Source of the DNA: a bacterium
GTDB taxonomy: Bacteria > Patescibacteriota > Minisyncoccia > Minisyncoccales > GWA2-46-15
Direction: 5' to 3'
NCBI GenBank assembly: GCA_030693425.1
Contig: JAUYAM010000005.1
Location: forward strand, 12,950-76,949
Length of the DNA stretch: 64,000 nucleotides
Below the pieces are notes generated by a model, which was not told where the DNA came from, made no database searches, and saw nothing but the letters and a program-made list of their open reading frames with translations. The first letter of the stretch is position 1, and the number at the start of each line of letters is the position of its first letter. Of this stretch, positions 49,502 to 57,451 are shown piece after piece. The position numbers and the translations under genes are program-made.

Positions 49502-51010
49502 ATGACAATTCCCAAAGAAGTAAAAAAGGTGATTTTGAGCCTAGAAAAAGCCGGATTTAAGGCTTATGTTGTCGGCGGTTGCACCAGGGATTTTTTGCAG
49601 GATATCGAGCCCAATGATTGGGATATTGCCACTTCAGCCCGTCCAGAGGAAATTCAGAAGATCTTCCCTGACAATTTTTACGAAAACGCTTTTTTGACGG
49701 TTACGATTCTGACAAAAAACAGGAACCCGCGGCTTAAAGAGATCGAGATCACTACTTTTAGATCTGAAGCCAAGTATACGGATAAAAGGCATCCCGACGA
49801 GATTAGATTCGCCAAGACTTTAAAAGAGGATTTGGCGAGAAGGGACTTTACTATCAACGCCATCGCCCTGAAAATACCAGATACTAGATACCCTCCTTCG
49901 CCAAAGCTTCGGAGGGCAGGCAAGATACTAGATACTAAATACTCGGTTAATGATCCCTTTAACGGACAAAAGGATTTAAAAGATAGAATTATTAGGGCGG
50001 TCGGCGACCCGAACGAAAGGTTTAATGAAGACGCTTTGCGCCTGATGAGAGCGGCCCGGTTGGCAACGGCTTTGAACTTTAAGATCGAACCGAAAACCAA
50101 GCAGGCGATTATCAAGAATGCCAGCTTACTGAAACTAATTTCTAAAGAGAGAATCCGCGACGAGTTTATCAAGACGATTATGACCGCAGAAGCGGCCAAA
50201 GGAATAGAACTTCTCCACGAACTCGGGCTTTTAGAGTTCGTGGCGCCGGAACTGGAAGAGGGCATCAACGTCAGCCAAAACAAACATCACACCTATAACT
50301 GCTGGGACCACAACGTTCTTTCCCTGGATTATGCGGCCAAGAAAGGATTCGGCCTTGAAGTTAGGCTGGCCAGCCTGTTTCACGACATCGGCAAGCCTCG
50401 CGCCAAACGCGGCCAAGGGCCCAACGCCACTTTCTACAACCATGAAGTTATCGGCGCGAGAATGGCCCAAGAAATTCTAGAGCGCCTGAAATTTCCCCGA
50501 GAACTGGCAGGAAAAATCGTTCTCCTGGTCAGATACCACCTTTTCTACTACAACGTCGGCGAGGTCGGCGAGAGCTCGGTTAGACGCCTGGTCAGAAACG
50601 TCGGTCTGGAGAATTTTCAGCAATTGCTTGAGGTGAGAATGTCAGATAGAATCGGATCAGGAGTTCCCAAAGCCGAGCCTTATAAGCTGCGACATTTGAA
50701 GTATATGGCAGAAAAGGTGTCCCAAGATCCCCTGTCTGCCAAGATGCTTAAAGTTGACGGCAACGACGTTATGGAGGCCCTAAAGATTAAGCCTGGACCT
50801 AAGGTTGGCCAGGTTCTATCCGTGCTCTTGGAATTAGTGATCGAAGATCCCAAGAACAACAAAAAGGATTATTTGAAAAAAGAAATCAGTCGGTTGGGCG
50901 CTTTATCCGATAAAGAATTGGGGCGGCTGGCAGAGAAGGCGGAAAGAGAAGTTCAGGATATAGAGCAGAAAAAAGACGAGATGACGAAAGAGAAATATTG
51001 GGTCACATAA
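49502..51010 (+). CDS. cca: CCA-adding enzyme / poly(A) polymerase family with HD domain, carrying an in-frame repeat insertion
   Basis: 502 aa. GGCTRDFL, NDWDIAT, RRDFTINAIA, HD domain (HDIGKP). Confidence 0.9.
   Translation: MTIPKEVKKVILSLEKAGFKAYVVGGCTRDFLQDIEPNDWDIATSARPEEIQKIFPDNFYENAFLTVTILTKNRNPRLKEIEITTFRSEAKYTDKRHPDEIRFAKTLKEDLARRDFTINAIALKIPDTRYPPSPKLRRAGKILDTKYSVNDPFNGQKDLKDRIIRAVGDPNERFNEDALRLMRAARLATALNFKIEPKTKQAIIKNASLLKLISKERIRDEFIKTIMTAEAAKGIELLHELGLLEFVAPELEEGINVSQNKHHTYNCWDHNVLSLDYAAKKGFGLEVRLASLFHDIGKPRAKRGQGPNATFYNHEVIGARMAQEILERLKFPRELAGKIVLLVRYHLFYYNVGEVGESSVRRLVRNVGLENFQQLLEVRMSDRIGSGVPKAEPYKLRHLKYMAEKVSQDPLSAKMLKVDGNDVMEALKIKPGPKVGQVLSVLLELVIEDPKNNKKDYLKKEISRLGALSDKELGRLAEKAEREVQDIEQKKDEMTKEKYWVT
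49877..49945. mobile_element. ~69-bp heptamer-flanked hairpin insertion in-frame in cca
   Basis: ccagatactagatac-CCCTCCttcgccaaagcttcGGAGGG-caggcaagatactagatactaaatact. It encodes PDTRYPPSPKLRRAGKILDTKYS between the conserved INAIA and DPFNG. Confidence 0.7.
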
Positions 51011-51018
51011 ATTAGTTA

Positions 51019-51094
51019 CGGGGCGTGGTGTAATGGTAACATGCACCCTTCGGGAGGGTGAGATTTCTGGGTTCAAATCCCAGCGCCCCGACCA
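51019..51094 (+). tRNA. tRNA-Pro (anticodon CGG), CCA encoded
   Basis: Hand-folded cloverleaf: C1-G72 acceptor CGGGGCG/CGCCCCG, anticodon arm CACCC-TTCGGGA-GGGTG (G37), T-arm CTGGG-TTCAAAT-CCCAG, then ACCA. Confidence 0.9.
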
Positions 51095-51999
51095 ACACCA
51101 CCATTTATAAAATTTTTGAATTTCCTTTTTAGATTATCTTCTAGAAGGTTTTTAGGGTAAAGATCTCGAGGGTAGATTGCTATTAGAAAGATTTTGTTTT
51201 TCTGACAAAGTTTCCTTTTCTCCTTTATAGTTCGATCGTATCTAGGGCTATCATTCGCTAATCCAAAATACTCGACAAATACCTTTTTGTCTCCAGTTGA
51301 GATTACCCAATCTGCTTTGTGATTCGTTTCAGGGTAACAAGCATCTCTTTCGTGCAAAATATTGTTTTTATGAAACCAATTGTCAATCAAAAGTTCCGAA
51401 ATAGAATCGCATAAGTGACCATCTAAGGATTTAGCGTTAGATCGTTTATACATCCTATTATCATGAGATCTGTTTGGAATAAATCCTGCCGCAGAAACTG
51501 CTTTATTCCAAGAGCCAAAAAATCTAACACATGCTTTATCTATCCCTCCTAAAAACTCACGCTTAGTTGGCACCCTCCTCAATTTTTTAGCAGTATTTTT
51601 TATAATTTCTAAAAGTTTTTCTTTGTTGTATAATTTTGCTTTTGCGAAACAATCCATCGAGCAATATTTTTTATTGCCCACAATCCATCTTTTAAATTCT
51701 TTTCCACAATTCTTGCATTTTATCTTTTTAGCGTTTCTTTCTGGCCGTTTTTTATTATTTACTATTGCTCCGCAAGATTGTGAACAATAATTATGAGGAG
51801 AAATCGCATGAGGAGACCTCTGAAGATGCTTGCCACAATTTTCACAGGATAATAATTGCCTCCTGTTTTTATGCTGATATTCGCATTTTCGTGAACAATA
51901 AACCTTCCAGCCGAGTTTTTGGTTTTCATTCATTCGCCCGCGGCTTCGGAAAGTTGATTTGCCGCACTGGATGCAGCCGATTTTAATAAGTTTCGCCAT
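51073..51999 (-). CDS. multi-zinc-finger protein with homing-endonuclease-associated repeat and PD-(D/E)xK-like nuclease C-terminus
   Basis: 308 aa. Three CxxCGK...(Y/F)CSxxC fingers; LLEIIKNTAKKLRRVPTKREF...FGSWNKAVSAAGF; C-terminal SISELLIDNWF...ADWVI...VFVEYFGL. The 3' end overlaps tRNA-Pro by 22 nt. Confidence 0.55.
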   Translation of the reverse strand: MAKLIKIGCIQCGKSTFRSRGRMNENQKLGWKVYCSRKCEYQHKNRRQLLSCENCGKHLQRSPHAISPHNYCSQSCGAIVNNKKRPERNAKKIKCKNCGKEFKRWIVGNKKYCSMDCFAKAKLYNKEKLLEIIKNTAKKLRRVPTKREFLGGIDKACVRFFGSWNKAVSAAGFIPNRSHDNRMYKRSNAKSLDGHLCDSISELLIDNWFHKNNILHERDACYPETNHKADWVISTGDKKVFVEYFGLANDSPRYDRTIKEKRKLCQKNKIFLIAIYPRDLYPKNLLEDNLKRKFKNFINGGVGRGAGI

Positions 52000-52049
52000 T
52001 GGTATAGACTTATTGTTCTCTATAGATTTATTTTATACTAAGCGCTATA

Positions 52050-52289
52050 TTGGAACAAGAGCTAATTGTGGATAACTTTATGCGCAGCGAGATTAAAAAA
52101 TTCGGCAAGAGAATTAGGGAAATTCGCTTGAAGAAGAAGATGTCGCAAGGCGATGTGGCAGAGATTTTAGGAGTTCACCGAACATATATTAGTAGTATGG
52201 AAAGAGGCTTGAGAAATCCATCTCTTTTGACGATTAAGAAATTTGCTCAGGCGTTCGGTATAAAAACAAAAGATATGCTTAATTTTTGA
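52050..52289 (+). CDS. XRE-family helix-turn-helix regulator
   Basis: 79 aa. MSQGDVAEILGVHRTYISSMERGLRNPSLLTIKKFAQAF. ATG at 52080 is an alternative start. Confidence 0.85.
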   Translation: MEQELIVDNFMRSEIKKFGKRIREIRLKKKMSQGDVAEILGVHRTYISSMERGLRNPSLLTIKKFAQAFGIKTKDMLNF

Positions 52290-52316
52290 TTAATTAGGAA
52301 CTAAGGGCAAAATATT

Positions 52317-52763
52317 ATGGTTGGTCAAAATAATAATTTGAGGAAGGTCGAAACCAGAATTAACCAACACCTTTTCGTCATTTGCTCGATCGTCACCCTG
52401 GCGACGATGGCTCTGATGGCGATCGATTTTTTCACCCGGGGCAGTTTTTTGCCAGCGCAGTTTAACCTTTTTTATCTGGCGGTCGTTTTGGTCTATTCTT
52501 TGCACAAAGAACTCTTGAGGTGGTTGGGCGATAAACAAGAAAAGCGCCAGGGAGAAATTTTTGTCTACGGCTGGATTTTGTTGACGACCCTGCTATATGT
52601 AGCCAATTTTTTCAGCAAGGGATATTATAGTTTTTCAAAAGAAGGGTATCCGGTCGGCACCTTGAGGGACATTTCTCTTTTGACGGTGGAAATCCTGATT
52701 GTTTTTATCCTGACGCGGTTTTTGAAACTATTGGAAGTTATTCGGCATAGAAAAAAGCCCTAA
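52317..52763 (+). CDS. hypothetical integral membrane protein
   Basis: 148 aa with ~4 hydrophobic helices. No family recognised. Confidence 0.5.
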   Translation: MVGQNNNLRKVETRINQHLFVICSIVTLATMALMAIDFFTRGSFLPAQFNLFYLAVVLVYSLHKELLRWLGDKQEKRQGEIFVYGWILLTTLLYVANFFSKGYYSFSKEGYPVGTLRDISLLTVEILIVFILTRFLKLLEVIRHRKKP

Positions 52764-52774
52764 ACGCTTACGCG

Positions 52775-52882
52775 TCGGGCTCGGCAGAAATCCGTCAAAG
52801 GATTTCTGCATAGAGGGCTCTATACGCAAACCATAGGGGTTTGCGTCGAGCCCGACAGAAATTTCATTTCTGTTTAGGGGCC
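52775..52882. ncRNA. tRNA-abutting nested-hairpin element, copy C (three-hairpin version)
   Basis: TCGGGCTCG-[GCAGAAATCC gtcaaa GGATTTCTGC]-ATAGAGGGCTCTAT-[ACGCAAACC atagg GGTTTGCGT]-CGAGCCCGA-[ACAGAAAT ttc ATTTCTGT]-TTAGGGGCC. It overlaps the tRNA-Ala 5' end. Confidence 0.6.
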
Positions 52883-52948
52883 CATGGTCCAGTGGTAAGA
52901 CGCCACATTCGCATTGTGGAAACGGCAGTTCGAGTCTGCCTGGGTCCA
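52878..52948 (+). tRNA. tRNA-Ala (anticodon CGC)
   Basis: Hand-folded cloverleaf: GGGCCCA/TGGGTCC acceptor with a G3:U70 pair, anticodon arm CCACA-TTCGCAT-TGTGG, T-arm GGCAG-TTCGAGT-CTGCC. CCA is not encoded. Confidence 0.85.
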
Positions 52949-53096
52949 CAACGAAATAAGTTTGCAAAGCAAATTTAAACGTTGTAAGAACGTAAAAATT
53001 GTCAAACAATTTCGTACGTTCCACCAAAACTATCGGGACATGGCGGGGGCAAGTTCGACCTACCCCGTAGCTCCGCCAGGGGCGGATGCTTCGGGG

Positions 53097-53168
53097 TTCT
53101 GGCTGGGTCCATAAAATAACGGAGGCGGGTTGTAGAGGCGGGAATTCAATTCTCCCCGGGTCCACAAC
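53097..53168 (+). repeat. two partial copies of the tRNA-Ala 3' end
   Basis: CTGGGTCCA (53103-53111) and GGGTCCACAAC (53158-53168) repeat 52941-52952. The second is preceded by a degenerate T-arm-like GGGAATTCAATTCTCCCC. Confidence 0.6.
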
Positions 53169-53182
53169 ATATTTTTTGTTTA

Positions 53183-53965
53183 TTGAATGCGGCGCCAATC
53201 ATGAATTTACCAAATCATATTGTTATTATGCCCGACGGCAACCGGCGTTGGGCAAGAAAGAAGGGGTTGCCTCCTTTTTTTGGTCATCGCCAAGGGGCCA
53301 AGACACTTGAGAAAATTTTAAAGGCTGTTTTAGAATTAAAGATTCCTTATTTTACTTTTTGGGGAACCTCGCTTGATAATGTTACCAAAAGGTCATCTTC
53401 GGAAGTTAATTTTTTATTCAAGCTTTTTGAGCAGCATTTTAAAAAATTGGCCAGGAGCAAAGAAGTCCATCAAAATAAAATTAAGATCAATGTTATCGGC
53501 CGTTGGAGAGAATTATTTCCTGAAAGTGTAAAGCGGGTGATGGAAGAAGCGATTTTAAAAACCAAAGATTATAAAAATTATCAATTAACCTTTTTAATGG
53601 CTTACAGCGGGATTGATGAAATGACGAGTGCAATCCAGAGGATTGCTAAAATCAAGAATCAATTCTTCGATAAACTTAGAATTAATCCCGAGCAAAGTCG
53701 AGTGGGTCAAAAATCAAAATTCAAAATTGATGAAAAATTGATTAAGAACAATCTCTGGACAAAAGATTTGCCGGCGGTTGATTTAGTCATTCGTACTGGC
53801 AGCGAACAGGATAATTGGTCCCATTTATCATCAGGAGTGATGATGTGGGACGTGGCTGACGCTCAGATATATTTTACTAAAACTCTTTATCCTGATTTTT
53901 CCGTGGCGGAATTTAAAAAAGCCGTAGAGCAATATAGCCAAACAGAAAGAAGAATGGGAAAGTAG
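53183..53965 (+). CDS. uppS: isoprenyl transferase (undecaprenyl-diphosphate synthase family) with degenerate in-frame repeat insertion
   Basis: 260 aa. HIVIMPDGNRRWA, FWGTSLDN, LVIRTGSEQ. The first ATG is at 53201. Confidence 0.9.
   Translation: MNAAPIMNLPNHIVIMPDGNRRWARKKGLPPFFGHRQGAKTLEKILKAVLELKIPYFTFWGTSLDNVTKRSSSEVNFLFKLFEQHFKKLARSKEVHQNKIKINVIGRWRELFPESVKRVMEEAILKTKDYKNYQLTFLMAYSGIDEMTSAIQRIAKIKNQFFDKLRINPEQSRVGQKSKFKIDEKLIKNNLWTKDLPAVDLVIRTGSEQDNWSHLSSGVMMWDVADAQIYFTKTLYPDFSVAEFKKAVEQYSQTERRMGK
53654..53728. repeat. degenerate heptamer-flanked insertion in-frame in uppS
   Basis: aagaatcaattc-ttcgataaacttagaattaatcccgagcaaagtcgagtggg-tcaaaaa tcaaaat tcaaaat. It encodes KNQFFDKLRINPEQSRVGQKSKFK. 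Confidence 0.55.
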
Positions 53966-54010
53966 GGCCTATGGTTTAGTGGCATTATCGGAGCGATTCT
54001 CCCCGGGCCC
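53965..54010 (+). repeat. tRNA-Ala-derived mini-tRNA-like unit lacking an anticodon arm
   Basis: GGGCCTATGGTTTAGTGGCATTATCGG resembles the tRNA-Ala 5' half (~20/27 by hand). AGCGATTCTCCCCGGGCCC shares ATTCTCCCCGGG(T/C)CC with 53146-53163. Confidence 0.5.
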
Positions 54011-54117
54011 GTCCGATCGTTCAAGCATTGGCGCAATATTGATAATTTCTCATCTCTCTGCTATTCTGAATCAATTACTATTTAGACCTTTAATTTAGAA
54101 GGTTTTTCTATTCTATT

Positions 54118-55410
54118 ATGGACTTAAAATCGTTTACAATCGCCATCAATCAGATTTCCGAAGAAAGGGGCATACCTAGAGAAAAAGTTATTGAAACCAT
54201 TGAACAAGCTCTAGCCTCGGCTTATAAAAAGGATTACGGCAAAAAAGGCCAGATGCTTAAGGCAAAGCTGGATTTAGACACCGGCGAAATCAAGGTTTGG
54301 CAGGTGAAGTTGGTCGTCGACGACAAGATGATTTATTCCGAGAAAGAGTTGGAGGAGATGAAAAACTTGCCGAGGTTAGAACCCTTTGGTTCGAGAGAGG
54401 AAATCGAAGCCGAAAAAAAAGTCAGGTTTAATCCCGAAAGGCATTTGCTGATCGCCGAAGCCAAAAAGATAAAAAAGGGAGTAAAAGCCGGAGAAGAATT
54501 AGAGTTCCCTTTGGAGACGAAAGGAGCTTCGTCTTTCGGAAGGATCGCCGCCCAGACGGCAAAACAAGTGGTCTTGCAGAAGATCAAGGAGATTGAGAAG
54601 GAAACGGTTTTCTTCGAGTTCCAGGCAAAGGAAGGCGAGGCGATTTCCGGAATCATCCAACGGATCGAAGGCAGAAACATTTTTTTGAATATCGGCAAAG
54701 CCTTAGGAATTCTAACCAGGGAAGAGCAGGTGCCCGGAGAGTTTTACCGGCTCGGCCAGAGGCTGAAAGTCTATCTTCTGAAAACCGAGAGCACTCCCCG
54801 CGGGCCGGTTATTTTTCTTTCCAGATCCCATCCGAAACTGATTTCCAAGCTCTTTGAATTGGAGGTTCCGGAAATTGCCTCCGGCCAGGTCCAAATAAAA
54901 TCAATCGCCAGGGAAGCCGGTTCCCGATCGAAGATCGCCGTAGTTTCAAACGACGACAGAATCGATCCGATCGGCGCCACTGTCGGCCAGAGAGGCACTA
55001 GAGTGATGACGGTCATCAGCGAGCTCGGCGGAGAGAAAATCGACATTGTCCATTGGTCGGAAGACCCTCAAGAGCTGATTGCCAACGCTCTCAGTCCGGC
55101 CAAGGTTTTGGAAGTAAAAATCAAAGAAAAAAATACGGCTCTCGCAATTGTTCCTGAAGACCAGCTGTCTTTGGCTATCGGCAAAGACGGCCAGAACGTC
55201 AGGCTGGCAGCCAAGCTGTCCGGCTGGAAAATCGACATTAGGAACGAAGCCGAAGTCGGAGGAGAGCCAGAATCGGACAAAGACGAAGAGGTAAAGCCTG
55301 AAGGAAAAGAAGCTAAAGTGAAAGAAAAGAAACCGGAAAAGACAATTTCAAAGAAAGCCAAAACTTCTTCTGAAAAAGAGGAGAAAAAAGTAAAAAACAA
55401 TAATTCATAA
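54118..55410 (+). CDS. nusA: transcription termination/antitermination factor NusA with Lys/Glu-rich tail
   Basis: 430 aa. N-terminal domain, S1 ([21 protein letters not shown]), two KH domains ([15 protein letters not shown]; [15 protein letters not shown]). Confidence 0.95.
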   Translation: MDLKSFTIAINQISEERGIPREKVIETIEQALASAYKKDYGKKGQMLKAKLDLDTGEIKVWQVKLVVDDKMIYSEKELEEMKNLPRLEPFGSREEIEAEKKVRFNPERHLLIAEAKKIKKGVKAGEELEFPLETKGASSFGRIAAQTAKQVVLQKIKEIEKETVFFEFQAKEGEAISGIIQRIEGRNIFLNIGKALGILTREEQVPGEFYRLGQRLKVYLLKTESTPRGPVIFLSRSHPKLISKLFELEVPEIASGQVQIKSIAREAGSRSKIAVVSNDDRIDPIGATVGQRGTRVMTVISELGGEKIDIVHWSEDPQELIANALSPAKVLEVKIKEKNTALAIVPEDQLSLAIGKDGQNVRLAAKLSGWKIDIRNEAEVGGEPESDKDEEVKPEGKEAKVKEKKPEKTISKKAKTSSEKEEKKVKNNNS

Positions 55411-55411
55411 T

Positions 55412-57445
55412 ATGCTAGCCATTCCAATCGTTATCTCCTTTTTAGCCCTAGGCTTTGCCTTTTATCTGACTCTCTGGGTTAAAAAATGTTCCCAGGGAAC
55501 AGACAAAATGAGGGAGATCTTTGAAATTATCAAGCAAGGGGCAAATGCTTTTCTGAAAACACAATATCAGACCATTGCTGCAATCGCCGGCCTGCTAGCC
55601 TTGATTTTATTAGCGGCTTACGGCTTTAGCGGAAACTGGATTTACGGTTTTCAGGTTTCGGCAGCTTTCATATTCGGAGCCGCTTGTTCTCTTTTTTCAG
55701 GATTTATCGGCATGTGGATTGCCGTCAGGTCTAACGTTCGGGTCGCCAGCGCGGCTCAAACCAGTTTTTCTAAAGCCTTAACCATTGCTCTTAGGGGAGG
55801 GGCGGTTTCTGGAATAACAATTGTGGCGATGAGCCTTTTAGGAATCAGCAGCCTTTACCTCATCTATGATTTTTTTGGCTACGAGGTAGTCAGCATCCCC
55901 TCTTTGATTGTCGGTTTTGGATTTGGAGCTTCTTTGGTTGCTCTTTTTGCCCAATTGGGAGGAGGAATTTACACCAAGGCCGCCGATGTCGGCGCCGACC
56001 TGGTGGGAAAGATCGAAGCCGGCATTCCCGAAGACGATCCCAGAAATCCGGCGGTCATTGCTGACCTGGTCGGAGACAATGTTGGCGACTGCGCCGGCAG
56101 AGGGGCTGATCTTTTTGAGTCAACGGCTGCTGAAAATATCGGCGCCATGATTCTAGGAGTAGTTTTATTCCCCCATTTTGGAATCAACGGCATCCTTTTT
56201 CCCCTGGTGGTGCGCGCCTTTGGTCTTCTTTGCAGCATTGTCGGCATTCTGGCGGCTAAGGCCAAAGAAACCGACGAGCCGATGAAAGCTTTGAATAAGG
56301 GCTATTTTGTGACGAGCTTTTTATCTGCCATAGCTTTTTATTTTGTGACCATGGAGATGCTGGGAAATGTTTTGTTTTTCTATGCAGGATTGGTGGGCAT
56401 TTTAGCCAGCCTTGCCTTTGTTTTTATCACCCAATATTATACCGAAGCAAAGTACCGGCCGGTAAGAGAAATTGCCCGGGCTTCTGAAACCGGCCACGCC
56501 ACCAATATTATCACTGGATTTTCAGTCGGGTTAGAGTGCACGGCCGCTACCGTAGTTACTATTTCCTTGGCTCTTATGGGGTCTTTCAAATTAGGAGCCA
56601 TGACCGGTTTTGAGGGAGGAGGGCTTTATGGCACCGCTGTTGCCACTATGGGAATGTTAGCCACGGCTGCCTATATCTTGGCCATGGATACTTTTGGCCC
56701 GATCACCGATAATGCCGGAGGCATTGTCGAAATGTCAGGAGTGCCTCAAGAAGCTCGAAAGATTACCGATAAGTTAGACTCTGCCGGGAATACGACAAAA
56801 GCTCTGACAAAAGGCTATGCCATGGGAAGCGCCGCTTTAGCAGCCTTTTTGCTTTTCTCGGCATACTTGGAAGAAGCAAAATTAACGATCGTGGATTTAA
56901 CCAAGGTAGAAGTTTTTGTAGGCGGATTTATAGGAGCAATGCTGATTTTTCTTTTCAGTTCTCTCGCCATCAGGGCTGTCGGCAGAGCCGCTTTTCTCAT
57001 AGTCAACGAAGTTCGCCGGCAGTTCAAAGAAGATCCCGGGATTATGGCGGGAAAGAGCAAGCCAGATTATTCTAAATGCATAGACATTACCACCAGAGGG
57101 GCTTTAAAAGAAATGATTTTGCCAGGATTATTAGCTGCCGGCATTCCGGTGGCAGTTGGCTTGATTTTAGGAGCAGAAGCCGTGGCCGGCCTGATAATGA
57201 TAGGAACAATTGTTGGCGTTCTTTTGGCAACGGTAATGAATAATGCCGGCGGGGCCTGGGACAATGCCAAAAAATTCATCGAGGCCGGAAACTTGGGCGG
57301 GAAAAAATCCTTTGCCCATCAGGCGGCAGTTACCGGAGACACCGTCGGAGATCCTTTTAAGGATACGGCCGGTCCGTCTCTGCACGTTCTGATCAAGTTG
57401 TTGGGAACTTTGACCTTGGCTCTGGCGACTTTGTTTGTCAGGTAA
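55412..57445 (+). CDS. hppA: membrane-bound ion-translocating pyrophosphatase
   Basis: 677 aa. [85 protein letters not shown]. Confidence 0.95.
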   Translation: MLAIPIVISFLALGFAFYLTLWVKKCSQGTDKMREIFEIIKQGANAFLKTQYQTIAAIAGLLALILLAAYGFSGNWIYGFQVSAAFIFGAACSLFSGFIGMWIAVRSNVRVASAAQTSFSKALTIALRGGAVSGITIVAMSLLGISSLYLIYDFFGYEVVSIPSLIVGFGFGASLVALFAQLGGGIYTKAADVGADLVGKIEAGIPEDDPRNPAVIADLVGDNVGDCAGRGADLFESTAAENIGAMILGVVLFPHFGINGILFPLVVRAFGLLCSIVGILAAKAKETDEPMKALNKGYFVTSFLSAIAFYFVTMEMLGNVLFFYAGLVGILASLAFVFITQYYTEAKYRPVREIARASETGHATNIITGFSVGLECTAATVVTISLALMGSFKLGAMTGFEGGGLYGTAVATMGMLATAAYILAMDTFGPITDNAGGIVEMSGVPQEARKITDKLDSAGNTTKALTKGYAMGSAALAAFLLFSAYLEEAKLTIVDLTKVEVFVGGFIGAMLIFLFSSLAIRAVGRAAFLIVNEVRRQFKEDPGIMAGKSKPDYSKCIDITTRGALKEMILPGLLAAGIPVAVGLILGAEAVAGLIMIGTIVGVLLATVMNNAGGAWDNAKKFIEAGNLGGKKSFAHQAAVTGDTVGDPFKDTAGPSLHVLIKLLGTLTLALATLFVR

Positions 57446-57451
57446 CAACTC

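Noticed and set aside
52949-53170. tmRNA (ssrA) downstream of tRNA-Ala, suggested by a G3:U70-compatible acceptor-like end, a TTCGAC motif and T-arm-like sequence
   Set aside because: No 5' acceptor strand is complementary to CGGGTCC. The TTCGAC motif lies too close to the G-run. There is no credible tag ORF ending in hydrophobic residues, no CCA, and the region is far too short. It is more simply explained as duplicated tRNA 3' fragments. ARAGORN would settle it.
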